Shown here one piece after another: positions 17,854 to 27,090 of a DNA stretch of 64,000 nucleotides. Under the pieces are notes generated by a model. It was given only the letters and a program-made list of their open reading frames with translations. It was not told the origin of the DNA and ran no database searches. The position numbers and the translations under genes were made by a program. The stretch covers positions 277-64,276 of the forward strand of contig CAIPHQ010000167.1 of assembly GCA_903864895.1 (NCBI GenBank), in the 5' to 3' direction. Numbering within the stretch: the first letter of the stretch is position 1; every line of letters begins with the position of its first letter. Source of the DNA: an uncultured Rhodospirillales bacterium. Lineage in GTDB: Bacteria; Pseudomonadota; Alphaproteobacteria; Acetobacterales; Acetobacteraceae.

Positions 17854-18606
17854 TCAGCCGGCGGCGCGGGCGGCGCTTGGCAGCAGACCGCCGAGGCGAC
17901 CGCGCGTGAGGGACGCCATCAGGCCGCCCGCGCGGGCCAGCGTGCCGCCGGTGGCACGCGCCAGACTGGCACTGCCCTGCGCCACGCCCTTGGCGCGGGC
18001 CAGCGCCGGGGCCAGCCGCGACGGCGGGTTTTCCAGCTTGGCCATCAGCGACACCTTGTCGCGCTCGCTGGTCACAGTCGCCAGCACGCGGGCGCCCGCC
18101 ACGATCAGGCGCGAGCGGGTGTCGCGCAGCGCCTGCGGGGTGGTGTGCCCGGACTGCGTGACAATGATGGTCAGATCGGCGGCGCCAGCCACGCTGGCCC
18201 CGCGCAGGGCGGCATCGGCGCTCAGCACCGGGGCGGTGTCAAACACCACAACCCCATATTGCCCGGCCCAGGTTTCGGCGCGATGCGCCAGCACGGCGGA
18301 GTCGCGCCACATCTCAAGGTCATCTTCATGCGGTTGGGCCAGCACGGTGATGCCGTGCAGCGCCACCATCTCACCCGGCTGCGGCCGCAATCCCATCAGG
18401 CGGGCAACCGCCGGGCGGGTGCGGTTGAGGTCCACCAGCAGGCCGCCGATGCCAGCAATTCCGGCGCGGCGGGCCAGCGCTGCGGCGATCATGGTGGTGC
18501 CTTCACCCGCGCCCGCCGACACCACGGCCACGCTGCGCGCGCCGGCGGCGATAATGGCGCGCCACAGGGTTTCGATTTCGGGATCGTAGGGGGAGAGCAT
18601 GGTCAT
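17854..18606 (-). CDS. BY-kinase/MinD-like P-loop protein with degenerate Walker A (polysaccharide co-polymerase-associated pseudo-kinase?)
   Basis: VVSAGAGEGTTMIAAALA aligns to the CapB/Wzc Walker A (..GxGKS/T) but has Thr in place of Lys. VDLNRTRP corresponds to Walker A' (DxDxR with D->N). VVVFDTAPVL corresponds to Walker B. The Ala/Gly/Arg-rich tail contains no Tyr. Confidence 0.55.
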   Translation of the reverse strand: MTMLSPYDPEIETLWRAIIAAGARSVAVVSAGAGEGTTMIAAALARRAGIAGIGGLLVDLNRTRPAVARLMGLRPQPGEMVALHGITVLAQPHEDDLEMWRDSAVLAHRAETWAGQYGVVVFDTAPVLSADAALRGASVAGAADLTIIVTQSGHTTPQALRDTRSRLIVAGARVLATVTSERDKVSLMAKLENPPSRLAPALARAKGVAQGSASLARATGGTLARAGGLMASLTRGRLGGLLPSAARAAG

Positions 18607-18652
18607 GATCTGACGTCCGGTTGGGGTTCGGCGCGGCGCAGCTTCAGGCGTG

Positions 18653-19033
18653 TCAGGCGCGGGCGGTGGTCCGGCCCGCGAACCAGCCGCGCCCGGCCGC
18701 CGGGCGGGCGGCGGCGGTTTCGATGCTCAGCAGGCTGGCGAGGCCCAGTTCGGTCAGCATCTTCAGCGGCTGCCCGGCCACGCTGGATACCACCAGCTTG
18801 CGGCCCCGCGACATCAGCCGCTTGAAGAGGAAAGAAATCGCCCCGAGGCCGGAGCCATCCATGGCCGATACCGCAGACATGTCAAGAACAACGCGCTTGG
18901 CATTGGAAGCAGCCACGGTCTCGAAGGCCGTGCGCCATGCGGCAACATTGTCGGCATTGAATGCGCCGGTCAGCTGCAGCCGGATTTCAGCTTGGTTGCC
19001 TGAGATGATGGCGGCGGTGGCGAGAGCGGTCAT
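18653..19033 (-). CDS. STAS domain protein (anti-sigma-factor-antagonist fold)
   Basis: Start at MTALATAAIISGNQ. The pattern LDMSAVSAMDGSGLGAISFL...VVSSVAGQPLKMLTELGL is classic for SpoIIAA-like STAS. It lies 46 nt upstream of the P-loop gene on the same strand. Confidence 0.7.
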   Translation of the reverse strand: MTALATAAIISGNQAEIRLQLTGAFNADNVAAWRTAFETVAASNAKRVVLDMSAVSAMDGSGLGAISFLFKRLMSRGRKLVVSSVAGQPLKMLTELGLASLLSIETAAARPAAGRGWFAGRTTARA

Positions 19034-19321
19034 GGCACTTGATCCTGCGAATACGGTCGGTTGCCGGTGTGTCAGCAAGCCCCGTGCCAGAGATTCGCAG
19101 CTTCCTGACAATGCAAGATTCGCGTTTTGCAAGGCGTGCCGCCCGCCGCACCGCCGGGCCGGGGCAGGATCGGCTTAATCCGGCGGAAAGCCACGATTCG
19201 CAGAATGCAAGGCGGGCCTGGATTCGGCCTGTACTGGTTGTGGCACGCCTGATGCAGTTGTCCTGCGCAACAGCCTTCGCCACCGCAATCCGCCTGCCGT
19301 CCCTCAGACAGGAGCCGCATC

Positions 19322-20815
19322 ATGCCAGCCCATCGTTTTCCGATTGCCGCGCTGAACCGCGCCCTGGCCCTCTGGTCCGGCCTGTCCGGCGGCCTGCGTG
19401 ACTCAGTCTTCTATGGGGCAAGCCTCGGCTGGACCAAGGCGCTGGCCATGCTGACGCTGCCGCTGCTGACTGCCATGCTGGCGCCTGCGGATTTCGCCCG
19501 GTTGGAACTTCTGTCCAGCGCCGGTGAAATCGGCGCGCTGTTCGCGGGTGCCGGGCTGGTCGATACCGCTTACCGCTTCGCCAGCGGCACCGATGCAAAG
19601 GGCAAGCGCGCGGCGGGCGAAATCCTGGGTCTCGCCACGCTGATCGCGCTGGCGGGCATCGGCCTGACGGTGGCCTTCGCGGCGCCGCTGGCGGCGATGA
19701 TGCCGCTGCCCACCAAGGCGGCCGAAATCGTGCTGCTTGGCTCGGCCGTGGCGCTGGAAGCGCTGATTGCCGTGCCGCTGGCCTTCATGCGGATGCGCGG
19801 CAAGGCTGGTACTTATGCAGCGGCGACGGCCATCCGCTCCACCGTGCAGGCGGGCCTTGTGGCGGGCTGCGTGGCGGCGGGCTGGGGTGTCACCGGCGTG
19901 CTGGCCGGTGGCATGGTGGCCGCCGTGGCGGCTGCCGGGGTGCTGGCGGCGCGGCAGGCGCGCGACAGCGGGCTGATCGTGGCGCCGCAGCGGTCCGGCC
20001 ATCTGCTGGCCTATGGTGTGCCGCTGGTGGGCGGCGGGCTGGCCAGCTTCGTGCTGGGCACCGCCGACCGCTGGCTGCTGGCAGGGACCGTGGATGCGGC
20101 CAATATCGGCCAGTATGCGCTGGCGGCCAAGATTGCCATGGTCGCCGCCCTGCTGACCCAGCCCTTCGAACTGTGGTGGTATCCGCGCCGCGTGGGCCTG
20201 CTGACGCAGACCGGCGGCATCGCGCAGAGTGCGCGCATTGTCACCGCCGGGATCACGCTGACCGTGCTGGCCGCCGCCGGGGCTGCCGTGGCCGGGCCAA
20301 TCCTGATCCATGCGCTGACCCCGCCCGCCTATCACGCCGCTGCGGCGATGGTGCCCTGGCTGTGCGCCGCCATCGCGCTGCAAAGCCTGGGCAGCCTGGT
20401 CAATGTGGGCTGCTACGCGGGCAAGACCGGCGCCATGCCGATGTTGATCAACATGGCCGCCGCCGCCGTGGCGCTGGCCTGCTATGCGCTGCTGATCCCG
20501 GCGTACGGAGTGGACGGCGCGATTGCCGCCACGGTGGCTGCACAGGGCGCGCGGTTCGGGCTGTTCCTGATCGTCTCCCAGCGCCGGGTGCATGTGCCGC
20601 TGAGCCTGCGCCCGCTGCTGCTGCCGATTGGCTGCGCCATGGCCGCTGCCGCGCTGCCGCAGGTGCCGGGGCTGGGCCTGCTGGGTTATGCCGGGGGCGT
20701 GGCGCTGATGCTCGCCGGGGTGGTGCTGGCCATGATCTCCGGCGCGGTGCCCTCGCCGGTGGCGTTCCGCGCCCGCCCGGCCGCGGCACTGGCCGAGGCT
20801 GGCGCTGGGGCCTGA
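19322..20815 (+). CDS. polysaccharide/oligosaccharide flippase (Wzx/MOP superfamily)-like membrane protein
   Basis: 497 aa with about 12-14 hydrophobic helices and Ala/Gly/Leu-rich composition. CAGGAG lies upstream of the ATG. Confidence 0.6.
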   Translation: MPAHRFPIAALNRALALWSGLSGGLRDSVFYGASLGWTKALAMLTLPLLTAMLAPADFARLELLSSAGEIGALFAGAGLVDTAYRFASGTDAKGKRAAGEILGLATLIALAGIGLTVAFAAPLAAMMPLPTKAAEIVLLGSAVALEALIAVPLAFMRMRGKAGTYAAATAIRSTVQAGLVAGCVAAGWGVTGVLAGGMVAAVAAAGVLAARQARDSGLIVAPQRSGHLLAYGVPLVGGGLASFVLGTADRWLLAGTVDAANIGQYALAAKIAMVAALLTQPFELWWYPRRVGLLTQTGGIAQSARIVTAGITLTVLAAAGAAVAGPILIHALTPPAYHAAAAMVPWLCAAIALQSLGSLVNVGCYAGKTGAMPMLINMAAAAVALACYALLIPAYGVDGAIAATVAAQGARFGLFLIVSQRRVHVPLSLRPLLLPIGCAMAAAALPQVPGLGLLGYAGGVALMLAGVVLAMISGAVPSPVAFRARPAAALAEAGAGA

Positions 20816-20836
20816 GCCGAGCCTAACCGGGCGCGC

Positions 20837-21997
20837 TCAGGACTGCGCGTCCGGCGAGACCACGATGCAGTTGCCGTGATGGCTGATCTTCTCGCACGCC
20901 TGCACCGCCGCATCGCGCGACAGGCCCGTCAGACGGGCGCGGTACAGCGTGGCCTTGGACTGGCGCACCGTGCCGACGAAGGGCTGCGCGCTGGCCAGCA
21001 CGGTGGTTTGCGTCTTGGCCGCCACCGCCGCGCTGCGCGCCTGCGATTCACTGGCATAGGCGCCGACCTGAATGGCCCAGTTGCCGCTGACCGGCCCGCC
21101 GCGCGTAACGGGCATGGTCTCAGCCATGGCGCGCGGGATGATGTGGAACCCGCTGCCGGGCGGCTTGGGCGGCGTATCCGGCATGGATTGGGCCGAGGCC
21201 AGTTGCAGCATCGGTTGCGGCGCTGCGGCGGGCGGGGCGGGCAGTGAGGCCATCTGCACGTCGTTCTTGGTCCAGCCATTGCTGCGCCGCGTGTTGGCGG
21301 CCAGTGCCACCGGGGCCTGAGCGCGCGTCTTGGGATAGCGCGGGCCGGGCGGAATGTTCACTGGCAACTGGTTCATGGCGTATTGCGATGCGGGCGACAG
21401 GCGTTGCGGATAGGCACCCGCGATGTTCGGCCCGATCCGCGCCACGTAATGCCGGGTTTCATCCGGCAGCGGGCGGTTGTGGCTCAGGTAGTCGTCCAGC
21501 CGCTTCGGCCCGGCGTTGTAGGCGGCCAGAAAGCCCGGCGAGCCATACAGATCATACAGTTCGCGGATATAGGCGGTGCCCGCCATGATGTTGTCATGCG
21601 GGTCGAACGGGTCGTCACCCAGATTGTAGCGGGCCCGCAATTCGTCAAAGGTGCCCGGCATCACCTGCATCAGCCCCATCGCCCCGGCGCTGGAGGTGAT
21701 CAATTTGCCGTTCTCATACAGCCGCCCGCCGGATTCCTGGCGGATCACGCCGCGCACCCAGGTTTCCGGCACGTCGTATTTGGCAGCGGCTTCAACGATA
21801 TAAGGGCCCCACGGGTCGCCGGGCGGGCCGGGCGGGCGGTAGTCGTGCTTGGCGCGGGCCAGATATTGTGCGGCTTCCTTGTCGGCTGACATCGGTGCCT
21901 GCTGATGCCCGCACCCGGCCAGGGCCGCCAGCATGGCAAGCGCCACAAGCGTTTCGCCCGGGCGCCTGAACCGCCGGATAGCCCCAGGCTTGCACAT
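20837..21997 (-). CDS. lytic transglycosylase (SLT domain) lipoprotein with C-terminal SPOR domain
   Basis: Lipobox LAALAGC. SLT motifs IRQESGG..., AMGLMQVMPGTF and AAYNAGP. The C-terminal WAIQVGAYASESQARS...YRARLTGLS is SPOR-like. Start at ATG 21997. Confidence 0.8.
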   Translation of the reverse strand: MCKPGAIRRFRRPGETLVALAMLAALAGCGHQQAPMSADKEAAQYLARAKHDYRPPGPPGDPWGPYIVEAAAKYDVPETWVRGVIRQESGGRLYENGKLITSSAGAMGLMQVMPGTFDELRARYNLGDDPFDPHDNIMAGTAYIRELYDLYGSPGFLAAYNAGPKRLDDYLSHNRPLPDETRHYVARIGPNIAGAYPQRLSPASQYAMNQLPVNIPPGPRYPKTRAQAPVALAANTRRSNGWTKNDVQMASLPAPPAAAPQPMLQLASAQSMPDTPPKPPGSGFHIIPRAMAETMPVTRGGPVSGNWAIQVGAYASESQARSAAVAAKTQTTVLASAQPFVGTVRQSKATLYRARLTGLSRDAAVQACEKISHHGNCIVVSPDAQS

Positions 21998-22204
21998 GCA
22001 CGCAACGCTCCCGCTCTGGCGCAGCCGATTCCGTGGGCCGGGAAGATGACCTTGCCCGGTGTGTTTGAAAGTGGCCCGCAGCAACAACGTGTAACCCATT
22101 AAATGAGTTGCAGGAATCCTGCAAGGTCAAGCTGCGGTGCGGGCAGGGGGTGTTGCATGGCGTTTGGTGCCTGTAGTCTGCGCCGCAGCGAAGGCGGGGG
22201 TCGT

Positions 22205-22546
22205 ATGCGAGTGTGGCGTTTTGGGGCCGGATTGGCGGTGCTGGCCGGGCTGGCAGGGTGCGCAGGCCAGCCTCCGGCACCGCCGCCTGCGGTGGTGAGC
22301 GCGCAGGACGTGACTGGCGTGATCGTGGCCATCCGCCCCTTGCCGCCCGCGCCGGGCGGCAAGGTGTTGACTGCGCTGGGAACCCAGCCTGCCGCCGCCA
22401 CACCGGGCACCAGCGAGTTCATCCTGCGCGACCCCACCGGCCGCACGCTGTCGGTGGTGCAGGCCAATCCGGGCCAGTTGCGGCTGCACGACCGCGTTCG
22501 CCTTGCCGGAACCGGCCATTCCCGTCTGGTGCGGCTGGACGGATGA
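22205..22546 (+). CDS. small lipoprotein, function unknown
   Basis: MRVWRFGAGLAVLAGLAGC lipobox. 113 aa. Lies upstream of wzm/wzt-like genes on the same strand. Confidence 0.5.
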   Translation: MRVWRFGAGLAVLAGLAGCAGQPPAPPPAVVSAQDVTGVIVAIRPLPPAPGGKVLTALGTQPAAATPGTSEFILRDPTGRTLSVVQANPGQLRLHDRVRLAGTGHSRLVRLDG

Positions 22547-22607
22547 GCCGGGCAGGCGGGCGCGAAGGTTGCGGGGGGCGGGGCGATCCTGTAGTGCGCT
22601 GCGGTAA

Positions 22608-23468
22608 ATGAGCGCCTCATCCGACAACGCGGCCCGCCCGGCCGCCGTACTCGATTTCACCCCCGACGTCACATGGGCCGCCCGCAGCCGCTGGGCCTAT
22701 CGCGACGTGATGGAGGCGGCACGGCTGTGGCGGCTGTGCTGGATGCTCGGCTGGCTCGACATCAAGCTGAAATACCGCGGCTCGGTGCTCGGCCCGTTCT
22801 GGCTGACGCTGTCCACTGCGGTGATGGTGGCGGCGATGGGCGGCATCTACGCCACGCTGTTCCGCATGAACCTGCACGAATACCTGCCGTTCCTGACCCT
22901 GTCGCTTGTGCTGTGGGGCTTCGTGGGCGCGGTGGTGAACGAAGGCTGCAATTCCTTCGTGCAGCAGGAAACCATGATCCGCTCCGAGCGGATGCCGTAC
23001 ACCGTGTATGCGGTGCGCATTGTGCTGCGCAACCTGCTGGTGCTGGGGCATAATCTGGTGGTGATCGTGGGCGTGTTCGCGGTGCTGGACACGTGGCCGG
23101 GCTGGAACGCGCTGCTGTCGCTGCCGGCCATGCTGCTATGGCTGCTGGACGCGCTGGCGCTGTCGTTCCTGCTGGGCGCGCTGTGCGCACGCTTCCGCGA
23201 CATTCCGCCCATCGTCAACAGCCTGCTGCAAATGGCGTTTTTCGTCACCCCGGTGATCTGGAAGCCCGAACTGGTCGGCCCGGACCGCGCCTGGCTGCTG
23301 CCGATGAACCCGTTGTTTTCGGTGCTGGACGTGGTGCGCGCGCCGCTGCTGGGGCAGGTGCCCACGCTGATGGTGTATGTGTCTGCCATCGGCTACTCGG
23401 CGCTGCTGTGCGCGCTGACCTGGGTGTTTTTCGTGCGTGCCCGCGGGCGCGTATCGTTCTGGATTTAG
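22608..23468 (+). CDS. ABC-2 type polysaccharide export permease (Wzm/KpsM-like)
   Basis: 286 aa. LKYRGSVLGPFWLTLS is the ABC-2 signature region. Six hydrophobic helices. Confidence 0.8.
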   Translation: MSASSDNAARPAAVLDFTPDVTWAARSRWAYRDVMEAARLWRLCWMLGWLDIKLKYRGSVLGPFWLTLSTAVMVAAMGGIYATLFRMNLHEYLPFLTLSLVLWGFVGAVVNEGCNSFVQQETMIRSERMPYTVYAVRIVLRNLLVLGHNLVVIVGVFAVLDTWPGWNALLSLPAMLLWLLDALALSFLLGALCARFRDIPPIVNSLLQMAFFVTPVIWKPELVGPDRAWLLPMNPLFSVLDVVRAPLLGQVPTLMVYVSAIGYSALLCALTWVFFVRARGRVSFWI

Positions 23469-23471
23469 CTG

Positions 23472-24245
23472 ATGCCCACCGAAATCGTCGTCGAAGGCGT
23501 CAGCCTGGACTTCCCGCTGTACCACGGCAACGCGCGCAGCCTGAAGCGCACGGTGTTTTCCGGTCTGTCCGGGCGGATGAGCAGCGATTCCAAACACCGT
23601 CTGGTGGTGCGTGCCCTGCGTGACGTGAGCTTCCGGCTGGGCCGGGGCGACCGGCTGGGGCTGGTGGGCACCAATGGCGCGGGCAAGACCACCCTGCTGC
23701 GCATGCTGGCGGGCATCTACGAGCCGGTGGTGGGCCATATGCGGGTGGCGGGCAATGTCAGCGCGCTGCTGGACCCGCGCCTTGGCATGAACATGGACAT
23801 GACCGGGCGGGAGAACATCAAGCTGCGCGGGCTGTTCAACGCCATGAGTCAGCCCGCGATCCGCCGCATGGAAGACGATGTCGCCGAATTCGCCGAGCTT
23901 GGCCACTTCCTCGACCTGCCGGTGCGGATTTACAGCTCCGGCATGGTGATCCGGCTGGGCTTCGCGCTGGCCACCTCGCTGCGCCCGCAGGTGCTGCTGA
24001 TGGACGAGTGGTTTCTGGCCGGCGATGCGGTGTTCATGGAGAAGGCGCGCGGGCGTCTGGAGGATATGGTGCGCGGTGCCGATATTCTGGTGCTGTCGTC
24101 ACACGCCGCCAGCGTGGTGCGGGACTGGTGCACGCGGGTGATCTGGATGGATCAGGGGCGTATCCGTGAGGACGGCCCGGCGGACGAGGTAATGGACCGC
24201 TATCAGGGCCACAAGATGACGGCCATCTCCGGCCAGGACGACTGA
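23472..24245 (+). CDS. polysaccharide/polyol-phosphate export ABC ATPase (Wzt/KpsT/TagH-like)
   Basis: Walker A GTNGAGKTT, YSSGM signature variant and Walker B LLMDEW. Starts 4 nt after the permease gene. Confidence 0.8.
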   Translation: MPTEIVVEGVSLDFPLYHGNARSLKRTVFSGLSGRMSSDSKHRLVVRALRDVSFRLGRGDRLGLVGTNGAGKTTLLRMLAGIYEPVVGHMRVAGNVSALLDPRLGMNMDMTGRENIKLRGLFNAMSQPAIRRMEDDVAEFAELGHFLDLPVRIYSSGMVIRLGFALATSLRPQVLLMDEWFLAGDAVFMEKARGRLEDMVRGADILVLSSHAASVVRDWCTRVIWMDQGRIREDGPADEVMDRYQGHKMTAISGQDD

Positions 24246-24293
24246 CAGGCGCCTCGGCGCGGCCCGAACGGCCGCAACAATGGGCCGCCACAC

Positions 24294-24311
24294 GGGGCCG
24301 CGAACGGCCCC
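24294..24311. terminator. GC hairpin between convergent wzt-like and nusG genes
   Basis: ggggccg-cgaa-cggcccc (7-bp stem, 4-nt loop). A second hairpin, gcggcc-cgaac-ggccgc, lies at about 24259-24275. Confidence 0.4.
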
Positions 24312-24319
24312 GCCCTGCG

Positions 24320-24850
24320 TCAGACCTTCTCGACCTGGCTGTATTCCAGTTCCACCGGGGTGGAACGGCCGAAGATGGATACGCTGACCTTCACGCGGCC
24401 GCGTTCCTCGTCCACGTCCTCGATGGTGCCGTTGAAGCTGGTGAACGGGCCATCCGCCACGCGCACCTGTTCGCCGATTTCGAAGATGATCGCGGGGCGC
24501 GGACGCTCCACGCCTTCCTGGCTCTGCTTGAGGATGCGGTCGGCCTCGGCCTCGGTGATCGGGGACGGGCGCAGCTTGGTGCCGAGGAAGCCGGTGACCT
24601 TGGGGGTATCTTTCACCAGGTGCCAGGCGTCGTCCGACAGTTCCATCTTCACCAGCACGTAGCCGGGGAAGAATTTGCGCTCGGCGTTGACCTTCTGGCC
24701 ACGGCGCAGTTCCACCACCTCTTCGGCGGGCACCAGCACCTCGTCGAACTGGTCGGCAAGCCCCTTCTGGGCGGCCTGCTCCTTGATCTGCTGCGCGATC
24801 TTTTTCTCGAAACCGGAATAGACGTGTACGACGTACCAGCGCTTGGCCAT
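24320..24850 (-). CDS. nusG: transcription termination/antitermination factor NusG
   Basis: MAKRWYVVHVYSGFEKK..., FPGYVLVKM, and the KOW region GEQVRVADGPFTSFNGTIEDVD. Confidence 0.95.
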   Translation of the reverse strand: MAKRWYVVHVYSGFEKKIAQQIKEQAAQKGLADQFDEVLVPAEEVVELRRGQKVNAERKFFPGYVLVKMELSDDAWHLVKDTPKVTGFLGTKLRPSPITEAEADRILKQSQEGVERPRPAIIFEIGEQVRVADGPFTSFNGTIEDVDEERGRVKVSVSIFGRSTPVELEYSQVEKV

Positions 24851-24861
24851 TTGATTCTCCG

Positions 24862-25065
24862 TCAGCCCCCGGCGCTGAACAGGGCGCGAACGCCAATACC
24901 GATCAGCTGATCGGCGACGAAGAAGAACACGGTCGCCAGCGCGGCCATGGCGAACACCATACCGGTGGTCACAAGCGTCTCCTTGCGCGACGGCCAGGTG
25001 ACCTTGGCCACCTCGCTTCGCACTTCGCGAATGAATTTCGCCGGATTCAACGCCACGCCGCTCAT
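24862..25065 (-). CDS. secE: preprotein translocase subunit SecE
   Basis: 67 aa from ATG 25065. KFIREVRSEVAKVTWPSRKE followed by a single TM helix. Sits directly upstream of nusG and downstream of tRNA-Trp. Confidence 0.9.
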   Translation of the reverse strand: MSGVALNPAKFIREVRSEVAKVTWPSRKETLVTTGMVFAMAALATVFFFVADQLIGIGVRALFSAGG

Positions 25066-25126
25066 ACTCCGTCCAAACCTTTCGCTATCCTGGGAACCGC
25101 CAGCCGGGTCGCGGGCCGGGCCGGCA

Positions 25127-25203
25127 TGGCAGGGGTGGAGGGTCTCGAACCCCCAACCTCCGGTTTTGGAGACCGGCGCTCTAGCCAATTGAGCTACACC
25201 CCT
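25127..25203 (-). tRNA. trnW: tRNA-Trp (anticodon CCA)
   Basis: Reverse complement reads AGGGGTGTAGCTCAATTGGCTAGAGCGCCGGTCTCCAAAACCGGAGGTTGGGGGTTCGAGACCCTCCACCCCTGCCA. Cloverleaf arms are readable, the anticodon loop is CT-CCA-AA, and the 3' CCA is encoded. Confidence 0.95.
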
Positions 25204-25251
25204 ACCGGCGCGCCGTCCGTTCTTCAACGGAGCGTCGGGTCCGAGGCGCGC

Positions 25252-25280
25252 TAAAAAGAATGCCGCGCCCGGAAAGTCAA
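25252..25280 (-). promoter_or_regulatory. candidate sigma70-type promoter for tRNA-Trp/secE/nusG
   Basis: On the minus strand: TTGACT (25280-25275), a 17-nt spacer, then TTTTTA (25257-25252). It lies about 45 nt upstream of the tRNA 5' end. Confidence 0.35.
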
Positions 25281-25293
25281 GGGCAGGGTACGC

Positions 25294-27090
25294 CTATGCA
25301 GGTGTGAGCGGCGCGGGGGCGGCATGGACCGGGGTGGGAATGCCCTCCAGCCGCGCCTTCAATTGCAGTGCCAGGAACTGCGAATAATGCCGCGACAGGT
25401 GCAGGTTGCCGCCTTGGAACCACAGATTCGGCTGCGCGGTGGGCTTCCACAAATTCCGCAATTCGCCCTGCCACGGCCCCGGATCGCGATACACGCCCGA
25501 CCCGATGCCCCAGCACGGCCCCACGGAATCGGCCACCTGCCGGGAGATGATCTTGGCCGCGTTCTCGTGCATCGAGCGGTAGCCGGTGGCGTAGACGATC
25601 AGATCCGCCGCAATCTGGCTGCCGTCGCTCAGGATCAGCCCCTCCGGCGTCAGGCGGTCGATGGACACCGGGGCGCGCACAGCCACCTCACCGCGAATGA
25701 TCAGGTCCGACGCCCCCACGTCGATGTAGTAGCCGCTGCCGGTCCGCAGCGCCTTCATCATCAGGCCCGAGCCATCCTCGCCCCAGTCCAGCAGGAACCC
25801 GGCGCGGCGCAGCGCGTCGTAGAACGGCGCGTCGTGGGCAGCGATGGCCTCGTACATCTTGCGCTGCCCGTCCGGCATCAGCCGGAACGGCATCGAGGCG
25901 AACAGCAGGTCCGCCACATCGGTGGTGATGCCCTGCGCCAATGCGTCCTCGGAGTACAAATCCTTGAAGCCGAATTGCATCAGCGTCTCGGATTTCACCA
26001 CCAGCGTCGGCGAGCGTTGCAGCATCGTCACCTTGGCATCGTGCTCCCACAGATCGGCGCAGATGTCGTGCGCCGAACTGTTGGAGCCCACCACCACGCA
26101 GTTTTTGCCCGCATAGGGCGCGCCGGATTGGTAACGGCTGGAATGGTATTGCTCACCCCGGAAGGTCTCGGCGCCCGGCGGTGTCACCTCATTCGGCGGG
26201 CCGTAGGCGCCGGTGGCGAACACCAGATGCTTCGGCCGCAACGTGCAGGGCGTGCCTGCCCGGGTGACCTGCACCGTCCATTCCCCCGCAGCATCGTCGA
26301 ACCGGGCGGCAGTGACCTCGGACGAGCCCCAGTAGTTGATCTCCATGATCTTCACATAGGCTTCCAGCCAGTCGCCGATCTGGTCCTTCGGCGCGAACAC
26401 CGGCCAGTGCTCGGGGAACGGCAAATAGGGCAGGTGGTCGTACCAGACCGGGTCGTGCAGCACGAGCGAGCGGTAGCGGTTGCGCCAGGAATCGCCGGGG
26501 CGGGGGTTCTTTTCGATCACGATGGCGGGCACGCCCAGCCGCTTCAGCCGCGCGCCCAGCGCGATGCCGCCCTGCCCGCCGCCGATGACCACCACATAGG
26601 GCTGCACCGTGCTGCCAAGCGCCGCCTCCTCGGCGGTGCGGCGCTCCTGCCAGTTCGGGCCGTGCTGGATACCGCCATGCACAATGCCCTGCGGGCGGGT
26701 GCGGCCGCGCTTCTCCTCATGGCCGGTCAGCCCTTGCAGCGTGGTCAGCAGGGTCCAGCACAGCCCGTCCTTCAGCCGCAACAGGCCGCGCCCGTGCCCG
26801 GCGGCGGTCTCGAAGGTGAACCATACCTGGGTCACGCCATCGGCAACGCTGGCCGGACCGTCGATGCGCCACTGTGACGGGCGTGCGGCGGGCAGGGTGG
26901 CGGCCAGCATGGTGGCGATGGCGTCCCGCCCCTCGAACGTCTTGATGTTCCAACTGAACGCCACAAGGTCGCGCCAGTAGCTGTCGGCGGCGAACAGCGC
27001 CGCGGCAGCCGCTGCATCGCCCGCCTCGGTGGCGGCGGCCAGTTTTTGCAGCCATGCGTCGGCCTGCGCCTGCGGTTCCGTTGCGCTCAT
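25294..27090 (-). CDS. FAD/NAD(P)-dependent flavin-containing monooxygenase (Baeyer-Villiger/CzcO-like) with N-terminal NTF2-like domain
   Basis: VVVIGGGQGGIALGARL dinucleotide motif. DSWRNRYRSLVLHDPVWYDHLPY. Second GxGxS motif VVVGSNSSAHDI. 598 aa. Confidence 0.8.
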   Translation of the reverse strand: MSATEPQAQADAWLQKLAAATEAGDAAAAAALFAADSYWRDLVAFSWNIKTFEGRDAIATMLAATLPAARPSQWRIDGPASVADGVTQVWFTFETAAGHGRGLLRLKDGLCWTLLTTLQGLTGHEEKRGRTRPQGIVHGGIQHGPNWQERRTAEEAALGSTVQPYVVVIGGGQGGIALGARLKRLGVPAIVIEKNPRPGDSWRNRYRSLVLHDPVWYDHLPYLPFPEHWPVFAPKDQIGDWLEAYVKIMEINYWGSSEVTAARFDDAAGEWTVQVTRAGTPCTLRPKHLVFATGAYGPPNEVTPPGAETFRGEQYHSSRYQSGAPYAGKNCVVVGSNSSAHDICADLWEHDAKVTMLQRSPTLVVKSETLMQFGFKDLYSEDALAQGITTDVADLLFASMPFRLMPDGQRKMYEAIAAHDAPFYDALRRAGFLLDWGEDGSGLMMKALRTGSGYYIDVGASDLIIRGEVAVRAPVSIDRLTPEGLILSDGSQIAADLIVYATGYRSMHENAAKIISRQVADSVGPCWGIGSGVYRDPGPWQGELRNLWKPTAQPNLWFQGGNLHLSRHYSQFLALQLKARLEGIPTPVHAAPAPLTPA

